A program made the translations under genes and the position numbers. DNA of 64,000 nucleotides from Macrostomum hystrix (taxonomy: Eukaryota; Animalia; Platyhelminthes): contig CATNEN010000038.1 in NCBI GenBank assembly GCA_950097015.1, forward strand, positions 17,980,001-18,044,000, read 5' to 3'. This document shows positions 1-11,323 of this stretch, piece by piece; position 1 is the first letter of the stretch; every line of letters begins with the position of its first letter. Under the pieces are notes generated by a model, which saw nothing but the letters and a program-made list of their open reading frames with translations, did not search any database and was not told where the DNA came from.

Positions 1-1038
1 GCGATGCGTCGTCAGAGTCGACTACCTCGTCAATTTTTGCCTTCCCCATTGCGAGCAGCAGCTGTTTTAAGCTAGTCGGATCCTGTAGAAGCATTAATTT
101 TTTTTGTTTTATTGTTAGTTAAAATTTTCTTTTAATAGAAGGAATCCGAAAATACCTCGAAAACCGATTCATCCAAGAACTGCGACAGCCTGTCGAGAAT
201 GTCTGCACTGAAGCCGGTGCAACCGTGGGCAAGGCAAGCGCAGATGACCTTCCAGAGAATTGGCTTCAGTTTCATTTTCCACTCTTCGTTTTCCAATCTG
301 GAAAGGCAGATGTGCAGATCTTTCACGCGTGTTCATTTTGTACTGAGTCATTAGTTACTAGGCTTAGCAGCCAGTTCCCACTCTCTAAATAGTTAGCCAT
401 TGCCGCTGTATGGCCAAGCATAATCCTATCCAATTAGTTAATTTAGTTAATTAATTAGAGGTTGAGCTAAAGATTTCTAGTAGCTTTTGTCCTTTGGAAA
501 CCGTTGGTTCGTATTCCCATTGTTTTTTTCACCGCCCTTCTGGGCCACCCGCGGAATTTCTGTCAGTGAGTTCATTCCAGCAAATCGGAGAGTTCAAATG
601 AGCCCAGCCAATCGTATCGATGTTGTGACGTCGGCGTCTTCGCCGGACTTTATCGGAGTGTGCACAACGAACGAGAAATTCAGGACTCTCTTGGATAATA
701 GATTCCTTCTAGACTCAGGCATAAGAAATGAGACGAGACAAAACTTTAAAAAGTACAAAACTTATGATTAAATTATACCAGAACTGAAATTCATCTCACA
801 TGGGACCTCGCACGTGATCAATGAACCGATTCACACAGTTGTCTCCAGGAGAGTTCCTTCTGGGCCACTGTTTGTTCTCAGTCTTGTCGAACAGATCCCC
901 CATGGCTTGCATCAAAGCAATGACATCAGTTGCAGTCATGGCCTCGTGAGGAAAGTGCTTTCTGCAGTGATCTTGCACAGCATCGTCCGCATTTTCCGCA
1001 GTAGTTTGAAAATTTAGACTTCGAAAGTAGGCATCCAT
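1..1038 (-). CDS. 5' part (exons 1-3: 800-1038, 156-297, <1-82) of a third paralog of the helical-CC-DD-TIR-TIR gene; continues beyond the window's left edge
   Basis: Exon translations MDAYFRSLNFQT..RNSPG..RFIDHVRG, EEWKMKLKPILW..GFSADIL and DPTSLKQLLLA align with exons 1-3 of the copies at 11323 and 23371. GT/AG sites have the same phases. The C-terminal domains are not visible in this window. Confidence 0.85.
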
Positions 1039-1089
1039 TCTGCTGAAGACGGAGTTTTAAAAACAGTTGTATATATAAGCACCAATATC

Positions 1090-1264
1090 AGCCCTTTTAA
1101 GGCAGTGTACACTCTCCTAGAAGGTTAGCTTTCAAGGGCGTAAATTGCACAACAAGCCACTAAGCTTTCTTTTCACATCTGCGCCCCAAATAAATGTGGC
1201 GTCGCCGCGGAATCGAGCTCAGGGACATTGGTGTGAGAGACAAACGCGTCCTACCACTCAATCC
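1090..1264 (-). mobile_element. tRNA-derived SINE family A, 5' partial copy
   Basis: Reverse complement matches the head of the copies at 10145 and 50958 (..CCCTGAGCTCGATTCCGCGGCGA..CACATTTATTTGGGG). Confidence 0.75.
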
Positions 1265-1734
1265 CATTTTACTGGATTTCTAACCGATGACTCTACTGGG
1301 CTATGTGTAACTTGTGTGTATTCTAATGTCCACAAGAAAGGAAAATGACTGACGTAGGCTGTCGGCTTTGTGAGCGTAGAAATCACGGAACTCAAACTCT
1401 GGAATCTAAGTAGTTTTAATATATTTGGTACTGCTTGATTAACTGTCATTTAGGCGCAGAATGCTCATTCGACTATAAATACTCTTTATAGTGGAATATA
1501 AAATCATGAATCAGAAATAAATTAGATGGATTTTGTCTGCGACGATCGCAAAACAGTCGTCGCAAGACCATGTGTAAAGCATGTACATTGAAGGAGACAG
1601 AGATATCTACGATATAGTACTTTAAATTTTAGTGTGATTGAGAATATATGACGAATTTATGTATATCAATTATGTATAGTTTGATTAATTAGAATTTAGT
1701 CGATGGTATTACTCCTGAAGTATCAGCATTGAAA

Positions 1735-4700
1735 TTAAAGCAGCTCGCACGTCTTCGACCTCCCAGCAGCGCTATGAACCTTCGCCAGCTTCTCTCGCTT
1801 CTTTTCGCTCATCGGAGGTCCATGGTTCGAGATGCCACCATCATCGTCATCTGCCATTGAGTTTGTTGAGACATTGGTCGCGACTTCTGGCAAAAACTGC
1901 GTCAGTCTGGCATGGATCTCCTGGAACTTCTCTCCTCGCCACGTCAGCTGATCGTCCGCGTCCTTGTACATCTGGACGTAGATGAGCTGGGTGAGCGGCA
2001 TCGACATCGGACCCTCCGGAGGCCAGGCCATCTTCTCCAGCATCACTGGCACAATCGGCTTGCGGATGGCGTCAGCGAGACTCACCTCGCGCCTGCAGTT
2101 GGGCGAGGCGGCGTACTTGGGAGTGACGAAGGCCAGCAGAACGCTGCAGCCGCGAACGCCGCGGTCGATCTTCTCGTACAGCGAGTCGCCTCCGCCCATC
2201 TGGAAGATGTCCATCCAGCAGGTGAATCCCAGACTGCTGAGTCGCGAGTAGAGCGCCTTCACCTCTGTCTGCTTTGCCCACTGGTACGAGAGAAACACCT
2301 GACACGCTGCTTGAGGTGCAGCCGACTGTGCGGAGCTGTCACTTCCGCCGTCTTTGCCGGCCGACTTGTCGGTTCTGGCGTCCCCTTTCCTTTCCGGCAG
2401 CACGATGATCTCGTCAGCAATGGGCGGCTGCCACCAGTTTGCGTACTCCGCAGCCACCGAGTCATAGTCGGGCGCAACGGCCAACCGAATTTGAGCCAGC
2501 AGCTCTGAGAACTTGTCCGGCGGCCAGAACACTCCGCCGGCTGAGCCACCGGCCTTGCCACCACTCCGATCGAACATGCGGATGTACAGGTACTCTGTGA
2601 GCAGAGGACCCATGGCTCCCTCTGGAGGCCAGGACACTCGCTCCAGCTGCACAGGAATCAGGTGCTTGTTCAGCGACACCGACAAGTTCAGCTGCAATCG
2701 AGAAATCATGCATTTCAGCCAAATATGATTGTACTTTAGCACCTTTAGCACTCGTCATGACCGATCACTCACCTCTCGTCTGCAGTTGTCCGACTTTGAG
2801 TACTTCTCAGTCACGCACGCGATCACCACTTTTGCGGATCGAATTCCAGCATCGATGGCTGAGAACAGCTTGTCTCCGCCTCCCATCTGACCAATGTCCA
2901 TCCAGCAGCGATATCCGGCCTTCTCAAGGTGCTGCTTGAGCATCTTCACCTCCGCCTGATGCGCCCACTGGTAGCTGAGGAAGACGTTGCGAGGAGCCGT
3001 GAACTCGACCGGATCGTCCGATGCAGCCGACTCTGCAACCAAATGGGACGAATCATTTATTCAGACGACACCGCAACAGCAGCTCACGTGACACTCACCT
3101 GCGTTGAGAATGGACGCCTCGACTATGGCTGCTGCGTCGAGCCGATTCATCTCCTTGAGCTGCTGCAGCACTGCCTTGGACGCCTCTGCTGCTCTGTTGT
3201 TTGCGTAGAACTCAGCCAACAGACTCATGCACGGGTCTGGAGTCGTCGTCCATGCTCGAATGTCATCAGCTGTGAAGTTGAGCCTCTGAGCCAGCAGTCG
3301 CCAGTCAGTGTCGGACTCGGGATTCATCAGGCGCGAGACCTCGCGAGACCACGCGGGAGCCGCACTCAGAGTCTTCAGGATGCAGTTTAGGTGAAGAGCG
3401 ACTGCACTGGACTCGGAGTATGCTCAAAATGATGCAAATGACAGCTCACCTTCAGGTCGATCTCCTCCACCTTCTCGCCCAGCACTCCCACAGTCACATT
3501 CAGGTCGTCAACACGTCCTTCGGTGACCTCCACGCGTCCACGAACTTGACCGAGCTCGTCTCTGGTCTGATCCACGCGACCCGACACGTCGTCCACCTTG
3601 TGAGCGGTGTCGCTCAGGCCTCGCTCGAGTCCTCCGATCTTGCCGCTCTGCTCAGTGACCTGGCCTTCCAGACCGACCAGCGAGCGGTTCGCAATCACAT
3701 CGAGCAGGTGGTTGCAGGCGTCGAGCAGTGCGGGACTCGACTTCCACCGCTTGATGTCGGACTCTCGCTCGGCCAGCAGCTGCGGACTGTCAACTCCGAC
3801 GCGTCGCATCAGCGCGAGGCAGCCGGCGAGCTTGTCCGGAGCCGAGTCCAACGACAGGTGGTGGTTCACGATGTCACAGATGGCCGCCATTAGATGAGCA
3901 GTATCGAATTTGCACTTCTCGATGGTGTCGATTGCGTGAACAACAAGATTGATGTTGGATTTTGCGGTGGCTGTTAGAGGGTTCAGACAGTCATTCATGA
4001 CATGCTGTTGTGTTGCAGCAAGAGAGGCCAGTGCTGCCATGGACGGCACTTGGTGGTCTCCCTGCTTCTGCAGAATCTTCAGCAAGTAGTCTCGAAGGAA
4101 CTCTGGATGGTGTTTGCTGTTCAATTTGCAAGCATTGGTAATCAAATATGTAAGCTGACTATCGCTGTTTGGAACACCTTGAAATAAGTCAACCAAGTTC
4201 GGAATTTCGGCAGCCAAGTTATCCGGCATTTCTTCTTTTGAGCTGTTGTACAGATTGTCTGGAAAGATTAGCTCATAGACATGTAGGTTAACACTCGTGA
4301 TTCATAATAAAATGACGATGTGCAACTTACACAAAAGTCCCGCTGCTATTCCCGCATACAATTGTGGCTGTTTGTTTTTCGTTTTCTTGAAGGCTTCAAT
4401 TAGCTGCGGTAGGTGAGGAAGCGAAGGAAACACTGTTTCCGGGCTGTTTCCAAGGCACAAGCTGAGGCCCATTACGAGGCCCGTAGCGGAATCGGCCTTT
4501 GCGCTGCTTTGAAATTTATCGGCTGCCACAATGTACAAAGGAAGCAGCTCTTTGCTGACGTCAACTAGCTATGAAAAATTGGAAGGACGTGTGGGATCAG
4601 CATAAAATAAAGATAAGCATTTTAAGCAACTCATTTCCTACCTTTGCGGCCTGCTGGAATCCGGTAGTCAGACTAATTATAACAGAATGTGCAATTTGGC

Positions 4701-7700
4701 CTTCGATAGACATTGTGTCTTGCCCAGAATCGTCCACGGTTGCCACTTCACCAGCGAGACAGGCTTCAAGCAGGCTGTATAGTTGTTTCACTTTGCTGCA
4801 AATTACTTCCGGTGAGTTGCTTCTGAAAGTCCATTGATTTTTTGCAGCTGATCGATTACATTTTCCGTTTACTACTTTTAATGAAGCATTGCATGCATTA
4901 TACGAGTTTCACGGCTAGAGACATGAAAATACTGTCGTCTGAGATGCAGCAGAATATTTTTTGGACATTGTGCCGCTCTTAGGGTTTCTGTTTTACGAAT
5001 TTCCGAAAAACGAATGTTAGTGTGCAAGAACTATTACTGAACCTGACTGAATCTGCGAGGCGACAACACAAAATTGGCTGAGGATCTTCGGGCGGGGTGA
5101 TAGACCCGGAAGTCCCAAAAGGTTACAGATATCCTGGTTACAGAAAACTGAGACTCGTTTTTCATCTTCAAATTAGTTCTTAATCAGTAGAAAGATCATC
5201 TCAGATGTTTTTATTCAGACTTAATTGGCGATTCGGTTTTATTGATATTTTAGGAGATGCAGAAACGAAAATTATGTGGGTATTTGAAATACCCCCCAAA
5301 TGTCTTTCTACTTTTAAAGCCTTTAAAGTTTTCCGTGTTGGAGCCCCTATCACTTCTACACTGTACACTGGGTTTGATTATTGAAATGATAGTTATTTCG
5401 TACGTTATTAAAATTCTTACACAACGGTGCTGACGAAGTTCAATGGAATATTTAGATAAACAGAGCCTCGGTGCAAAGTCTCTAGAGTAATGATCGGTTG
5501 TTGAACGTATTCTGTCAGTGCGTCGAGAACTGCGGGCAGCTGGTCGATCATGTCGGACCAGTTGAACATGTCCGCTTGCCAGCCACTGACGAGAATAGTC
5601 AAACTGATGCTTTTCACAGCTCGGAGCATGATTCCGAGTAGCTTGAGCTGCATTGGTTTCTGCCTGAGCATAGTCTTGCCTGGCGATTGGCTGAAATGTT
5701 TTTGGTTTGCTAGACGCGAAAATTGGAAGCGAAACAGCTTGAGAAGATGCATCTTTTGTTTAAATCCAGTAGATTGTACATCCATATACTCACTAAATGC
5801 TCATAATCAGCCTGTTAAATAGATCGCTAGAGTTGGCATCAATTGAAGGATCCGCAGACAAGCGCTTCGCTTCCTCATCTGCCAGCAGTTTGGCTAGGTA
5901 AGTGTCCATGAATAGCAACAGGGCCGGACGGAACGTCTGCAGTGTGTTGATTCAATCCGTACTTCAGTTGATGCTTTGTGAGCAGATTTTTACGGTAACG
6001 TTAGTATAATAATTTCCATTGACAAAAAGAACGACTTTATAGTGTGTGTTTTGTCAGCACCAATCCACAAGCTGCGGTTCTGGTGAATCCTTCATCTCTC
6101 ATGCCGTAACAATCAATTATTAAAATGCACTAAAGCCTGACAACAAAGTATATTTCAAGTATATTTAAAGGAATCCTGAAACTGAGAAAATTTACCGTGG
6201 TCTATCAAATTAGAGCGAATAACGACTGTCACATTTTTTGGAAAACACTTATTATGCGAGTATTGCCTTAATCTCACAACTGGGACGTTGATGCGCTAAC
6301 AGTTTATAGGAGCTCGATTTATATTCAACTGTAGCTAGTAGGGGGTGAGTAGCAGAGCGGTTAACGTGTTTGTCCTTTCGCACAAGGTCCCTGAGCTCGA
6401 TTCCGCGGCGAGGTCACATTCATTTGGGGGTGCAGCCGCTGAGAGAAGTCTAGAGGCTTGTCGTGCAATTGGTGCCATTAAAGGCCAACCCACAAGGTAC
6501 AGTGAAGTGTACGCTGCCTGACGATGAGAAATTCAAGGCAGATGTACACACCTGTATGAGTGTCTGCTTGCGCTCAGCTGTCTGAGTGCGTGTGTGTGAG
6601 GTACAGCTTTTGGAAAAACATTATCCAATGCCTGAGCTGCTCAAAATAGCTATTTTTACATATGCGTCTTGCTTTATCATCCAATAATATACACGCGGAC
6701 TTTCCATCCAATCAACGCGAACTAAGAGCATGCTATTTAATCAGACGCTGAGCGCAAGAGTAAAGTGCATCCTTTTTTCCCATCCAGACTAGCTATCAGG
6801 CTTCTATGACAACCCTGATATAGCTTTACTCTTCCTGTCTAACAGGACTGTTGAATTCTAAACTCTGAGAATTTGAGAGAACTCAAATCTGCAGCATTCG
6901 AGTAACCGCTCCTACTTGACCGGCAGACCTCCAGGCTCCAGTCTTCGGAGACTCACTTAAGATAAGTCGGACAATACTCTTGTTGTCTAATTAATATCTT
7001 TGCGTGATCCAACATCCATGCGTATTTGACAACATTGCTGATTGCGAAATATAACGTCTAAGTTGAAGGGTACAACATCAAGGTAAACAGTCGAACCGGC
7101 CTCCTGTCTCCTTACTCAATAATGGGAGAGATAACTAGACCCTTAGTCCTAGACCTAGACCTAGACCTAGACCTAGTTCTAGTACTATTTTTAATTATTT
7201 CATGTGCCCAGGAGTCAGCGGAATAGCCTCCTCGCTGGCTGTGGTTCTAGTGTCACCAAATGATGTGCCTTTGTCCGCAGCCCTCCTGCAATTATTTTTA
7301 ATATATAATATTATTGCTCATAGCTCGTATTTTAGGAGCTTCTTACTTTTAACTGAGATCGGAAGTTTGAATCCCAGTCGAATGATGACAACTTGCTTTG
7401 TCATTTTAATGATGACAATAGGCCCTATCAAATTATATTCCACTTTTTTAACTCAAATGGTCCGGATTCGGTTGATTCAAAAGCTTACCTCCGAGTCCTT
7501 CTGAATCAACTTCTGATTCTGGCTGTCGAGAAACATCGATCTAAAGTACTGGTCGAACTCCTCAGCAGACACCGACAGCAGGTCCAGGTAGACAGGCATG
7601 CATTTGCACAGCTCTTGAACGCTGAGCACCAATTTGGGTAAAAATCTGCGGAAAATCTGTTCGCGAATGTCTCTGAGGAATTTCTGACAAGCCGGCAGCT

Positions 7701-10700
7701 TTTCGCCATTTTCCTCAATGAACGGCTTCAGCAGAAACTGAATGGTGTCTCGGTTAGTCAAAGCTTCATCGATGCTTGGAATATTCTACGTGGAAAATGG
7801 ATTTAATTAACAGGCAATCAGTTTAGTGAGTTTAGTGAGAGGCATTTTTTAATGCTCAATCGAGACAAGGGTTAACGGCGGAGTGGCATCGCGTCAAACG
7901 GTTCAAAAGGGTCCCCGAGCTCGAATCCTGCCTGCCTGACGATTAAGAAATTCAGACAGAATGTATGTCAGACAGACATACCCGTGTGTATGTGTGATTA
8001 AAAGGTCAGTTGATTGCGTGGACTTCCTTGCTGCTGTGGGTCAGCTGAGGGGCGAGTGGGTCAGCGGCTAACGTCGCTGCCTCGCACTCCAAATGACGCT
8101 AGTTCGATTCACCCTTCAAGTCACGATTAATTTCGGTACTTGTTGGGGGGGGTTTGGACAGTAGCGACCGGCGGAGGTGCACCATATTTCGTGCAATCAA
8201 AGCTTGAAATAATAGCTTCGCTCCTACCTTCTGTGTGCCTGTTCTGCGTTGTATGAGTTATGTGCGTTGGCGCTGGGGCGTTAGACCTTGCGGGGGGTGG
8301 CTGGAGGGCGGGTGTACACCGCCGCGCGCTCCCTGGAATTCCGTCAGCGCGATTGGATAAGTGTACACTCATCACCCGGCCCCCCCTGAGGACTGATTTC
8401 TTATCAGCCTTCCGCCCCGGCCTGGTCTGCTCTGTGCGTGTGGGGCTGGGGTGGGGGACACTGCTGCCTATTCTGGGTGCCTCCTGCCCTCCCCGGCTGG
8501 TCTGTGCTGTTGTGTGTGGTGCCTGCTCAGGGGAGGCGGCGCGATGGGCGCTAAAGCGCCTAGTTCGCCGGTCTGGGGGCGTGCCGCTCCGTCGCTTGTG
8601 CGACAAGTGCCCCGGGCCCCCTGCAGATAGATAGATAGAGAGTGGGTCAGCTGTCCCCCGAAATGATGCAATAAAGACCTCAGCCCTGTTCAAATCTTAA
8701 ATTTTTTGCTCGATTAAAAACCAAGGATCGCGTTTATTTTACGCGTCAAATAACGCACCGGAAGGCCCATCTTGGTTCGAATAGCGCATTCGTGCAGCCG
8801 CACAAGCAAGTATTTTCCTCGATCAAGCAGCCGCTCATTGTCAGTATTGCTAGACAAAAGGCGCAGGCAGATTCTATTCGCATCGTTCACTAAACCGGTG
8901 AAATCCACGGCTTTTAAATCGCTGGAATATGAAAATAACAAGTTTAATCAGTCTGCAGTGTTTGCGGTGTTTGTGGCCGCCAGTCTGTTGTATCAGGCCG
9001 GTTTGGTTGTCTCGGCCTTGGCCTCGCCCTCTCACCCTTCTCCCCCGTCCCTGCTCTGTGTGCCCTGAGCCGCCACCTGATTGGTGGCTGGGCGCGGGAG
9101 TTGTCTGTAAATCCTTACCCCAGCCCTGCGTAGCTTTGCCCGTCCACCCGGCCAGCCCGTACAACTCTACCCCTCCCTGCGCGCTGTTGGCTTGACTTTG
9201 GTAGTTTTTGCACCGCCTTCCCTGTCTGCCCCCACCCCCAGATAGGTGTCCTATTTTTTCATTGTCTGCCCATGCCGGGGCACCTCTCGTGCGCTCCTGC
9301 GATAGCGTTTGACCTTTACGATTCGAGCCGCAAAGACGGCTGTTACCGCGAGGACTCAATTTATTTCATGAAATCAAATAAATACACCGAACTCGTCAGA
9401 GAAGCCACCTGCGTCATCTTCCGTTCCGACTGGTAAGCGCTGCATTCGTGTTTTTCTTTTCGGAGTGCCAGGTCCGTACTGTACAATCTTACTTAGCAGT
9501 ACTGCGTCCTGACGCATAGCTCAGTTTACTTAATGCTACTGTGGGCGGGTATCCCGAACTGACCACAGTCACTACACTTACTAGGAGCTTTAATTCAAAC
9601 TTACTCAACACTTACTCAACTGCCGCCCCAAGCCGGATCAGCATCATGCCCAGAACGTCTGCCGTCTTCTTGGGTAGCGCTTTTCCATGTTGACATTCAA
9701 CCAGATCGTCGAATGTCCTTATCAGAGATTGCATGAACGATTGGTCACTCGAGTACATCTGAAATGTGTTTAATGGGAAAAGTCGTTTAAAACATAGTAA
9801 AGTTTTGTGCTCCAGCAATTAGCTAAGCAGCCTACGTGAATGATGGAACTGCTCAGCGGTCGGTCTACGTAGTAAGCGAGCTTTCGAACCAGCGCTGCCA
9901 TGACATTCTCTCTGAACTGCGCAGTCGCTTCATTTGTGGCGTCACAGGTAGCCAAATTGCTCAAGTAGAGCGCTTTCACTGAGTCTGGTATGTGGTCAAA
10001 AAATATCTTCTCGCTGAAATTCAATGTTTAAAAATTGCTTTATGTGTTCGCAAGGGACTCTGCATGGCAAATAAAACGTAGGTTAAACGACTGAATAAGT
10101 TTAGGCTATGCCCAGAAAAGTTGCAGTTAGCTTGGCCTCAGTTTGGGGGGTGGGTGGCAGAGTGGTCTAACGCGTTTGCCTCTCGCATCAAGGTCCCTGA
10201 GCTCGATATCGCGGCGAGGCCAAATTTATTTGGGGGGCACAGCCGCGGAGAGAAGGCTTGGGGGCTTGTCGTGCAATTTACGCCCTGAGGGCCAACCTCC
10301 AAGGCACAGTGAAGTGTACGCTGCCTGACGATGAGAAAGTCAGGGCAGATGTAAACACCTGTGTGAGCGTATGCCTGCGTACGGTATCTGTGTGCGTGTG
10401 TGCTCAGGAGTCAGCGAAATGGGCAGAATTGCCTCTTCGCTGGCTGCGGGTCTACTGACACTAAATGATGTGCCATTGCCCGAAGCCCTCCAGTAAATGT
10501 TACAATTATTGGTCTCAATTCGTTTTAGGTACGATAATAATTTCTGCAAAGAGTGATGCTGATTCCGATTTATAATTCAGAGTTCGAACCTGAAATTAGA
10601 CAGCTTGAATGTCACAGTCAGGTCGTTAAGCCGAGATACCGCGTAAGCGTGATCTTTCTGATCAGCCGCCTCGGCCGGTGCCTCGATGCGCAAGTCTTGG

Positions 10701-11323
10701 ACAGCTAGGAGAAGCTTTCTGGCGCACTCGGGGTCCTTTTGTGAGCATGAAAAGTAAACGAATAATGTACTTTTTATTCAACATGAAATGGATCAACAAT
10801 ATTTTTTGCTATAAATTGAGGACACACCTACAGAAGGGAAATTAACGTATCTCACCTCATACTTGCCTCGGTCATCTTTTCCAAGCTGTGTCAGGTCACT
10901 TAGCACATCTACTGTGAATCCGTTCAGCTTTGGAGTCAAGGTGCACACGCAGTAGGTGTCCCATAGGATCTGTCGCAGCTCTGTCTGCCACTTCTCATTC
11001 ATATGCCTAAATTTGAGTTTTTCAAGTTAGGTTGCTTGTCTGCCAAGGTTCAGCTAAAAACTAACTTTTTAGTTTTCTATCTCTTACATGACATCTCGAA
11101 TATGCACTAGGAACCGATTCACAATGTAGTGACCAGGAGAATTTCGTGCCGGCAGGGGCTGGCTGACGTCCGAGAAGCGCTCTCGAATGGCTAGGAGCAG
11201 TTTGACAATGTCCTCCTGACATAATGACACCGAAGGAAATCTGCTGCCCAGCTCGTCAAGCACTTTGTTGTTCAGTTGGGCATCGCTGGTTAGCAAATCA
11301 AGCGATTTAAAGTAAACATCCAT
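1735..11323 (-). CDS. Copy 1: about 1481-aa protein, ARM/HEAT-like helical N-terminus - coiled coil - death domain - TIR - TIR - polybasic CaaX tail. 15 exons: 11088-11323, 10856-11006, 10590-10735, 9836-10013, 9616-9758, 8759-8921, 7489-7785, 5794-5936, 5421-5690, 4642-4822, 4331-4568, 3450-4258, 3099-3372, 2773-3032, 1735-2691
   Basis: All junctions are GT-AG and phase-compatible (total 4446 nt). Two TIR_2-like motifs (VFLSYQW..CWMDI.QMGGGD.L...ID.G.R...S.NCRRE...WPPEG). Death-domain motif DWRLLAQRLNF..LKEMNRLDAA. Heptad coiled coil. Ends KTCELL*. Every exon has a counterpart in copy 2. Confidence 0.88.
6341..7295 (+). mobile_element. SINE family A copy split by a ~600 bp insertion (head 6341-6598, tail 7203-7295)
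   Basis: The two halves are consecutive parts of the 10145-10510 consensus. The insert carries (CCTAGA)n at about 7148-7177. Confidence 0.7.
8048..8641 (+). mobile_element. SINE-like element B (~590 bp) with 12-bp target-site duplication, nested in a degenerate SINE A
   Basis: GTGGGTCAGCTG at 8036-8047 and 8642-8653. A-box-like TGGGTCAGCGG and B-box GTTCGATTC near the 5' end. (AGAT)n tail. Confidence 0.7.
10145..10510 (+). mobile_element. tRNA-derived SINE family A, full-length
   Basis: A box TGGCAGAGTGG, B-box-like GCTCGATATC, conserved body shared with about 10 other copies in the window, AT-rich tail. Confidence 0.85.

Noticed and set aside
1912-2508. Long plus-strand ORFs overlapping the TIR exons (also 14687-15502, 3420-3893, 59722-60480, and minus-strand 50284-50868)
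   Set aside because: Antisense shadows of GC-rich coding exons with no recognisable motifs.
1735-3042. Bacterial TIR anti-phage system (Thoeris-like) or contamination
   Set aside because: The TIR coding sequence is interrupted by spliceosomal introns and fused to a metazoan death domain.
9385-9508. Possible extra exon in TIR gene copy 1 (DAVLLSKIVQYG...)
   Set aside because: The flanking exons already join in phase, there is no counterpart in copy 2, and its splice phases do not fit.
10145-10225. tRNA genes at SINE heads (also 22680-22735)
   Set aside because: No complete cloverleaf, and each continues into a repeated SINE body.
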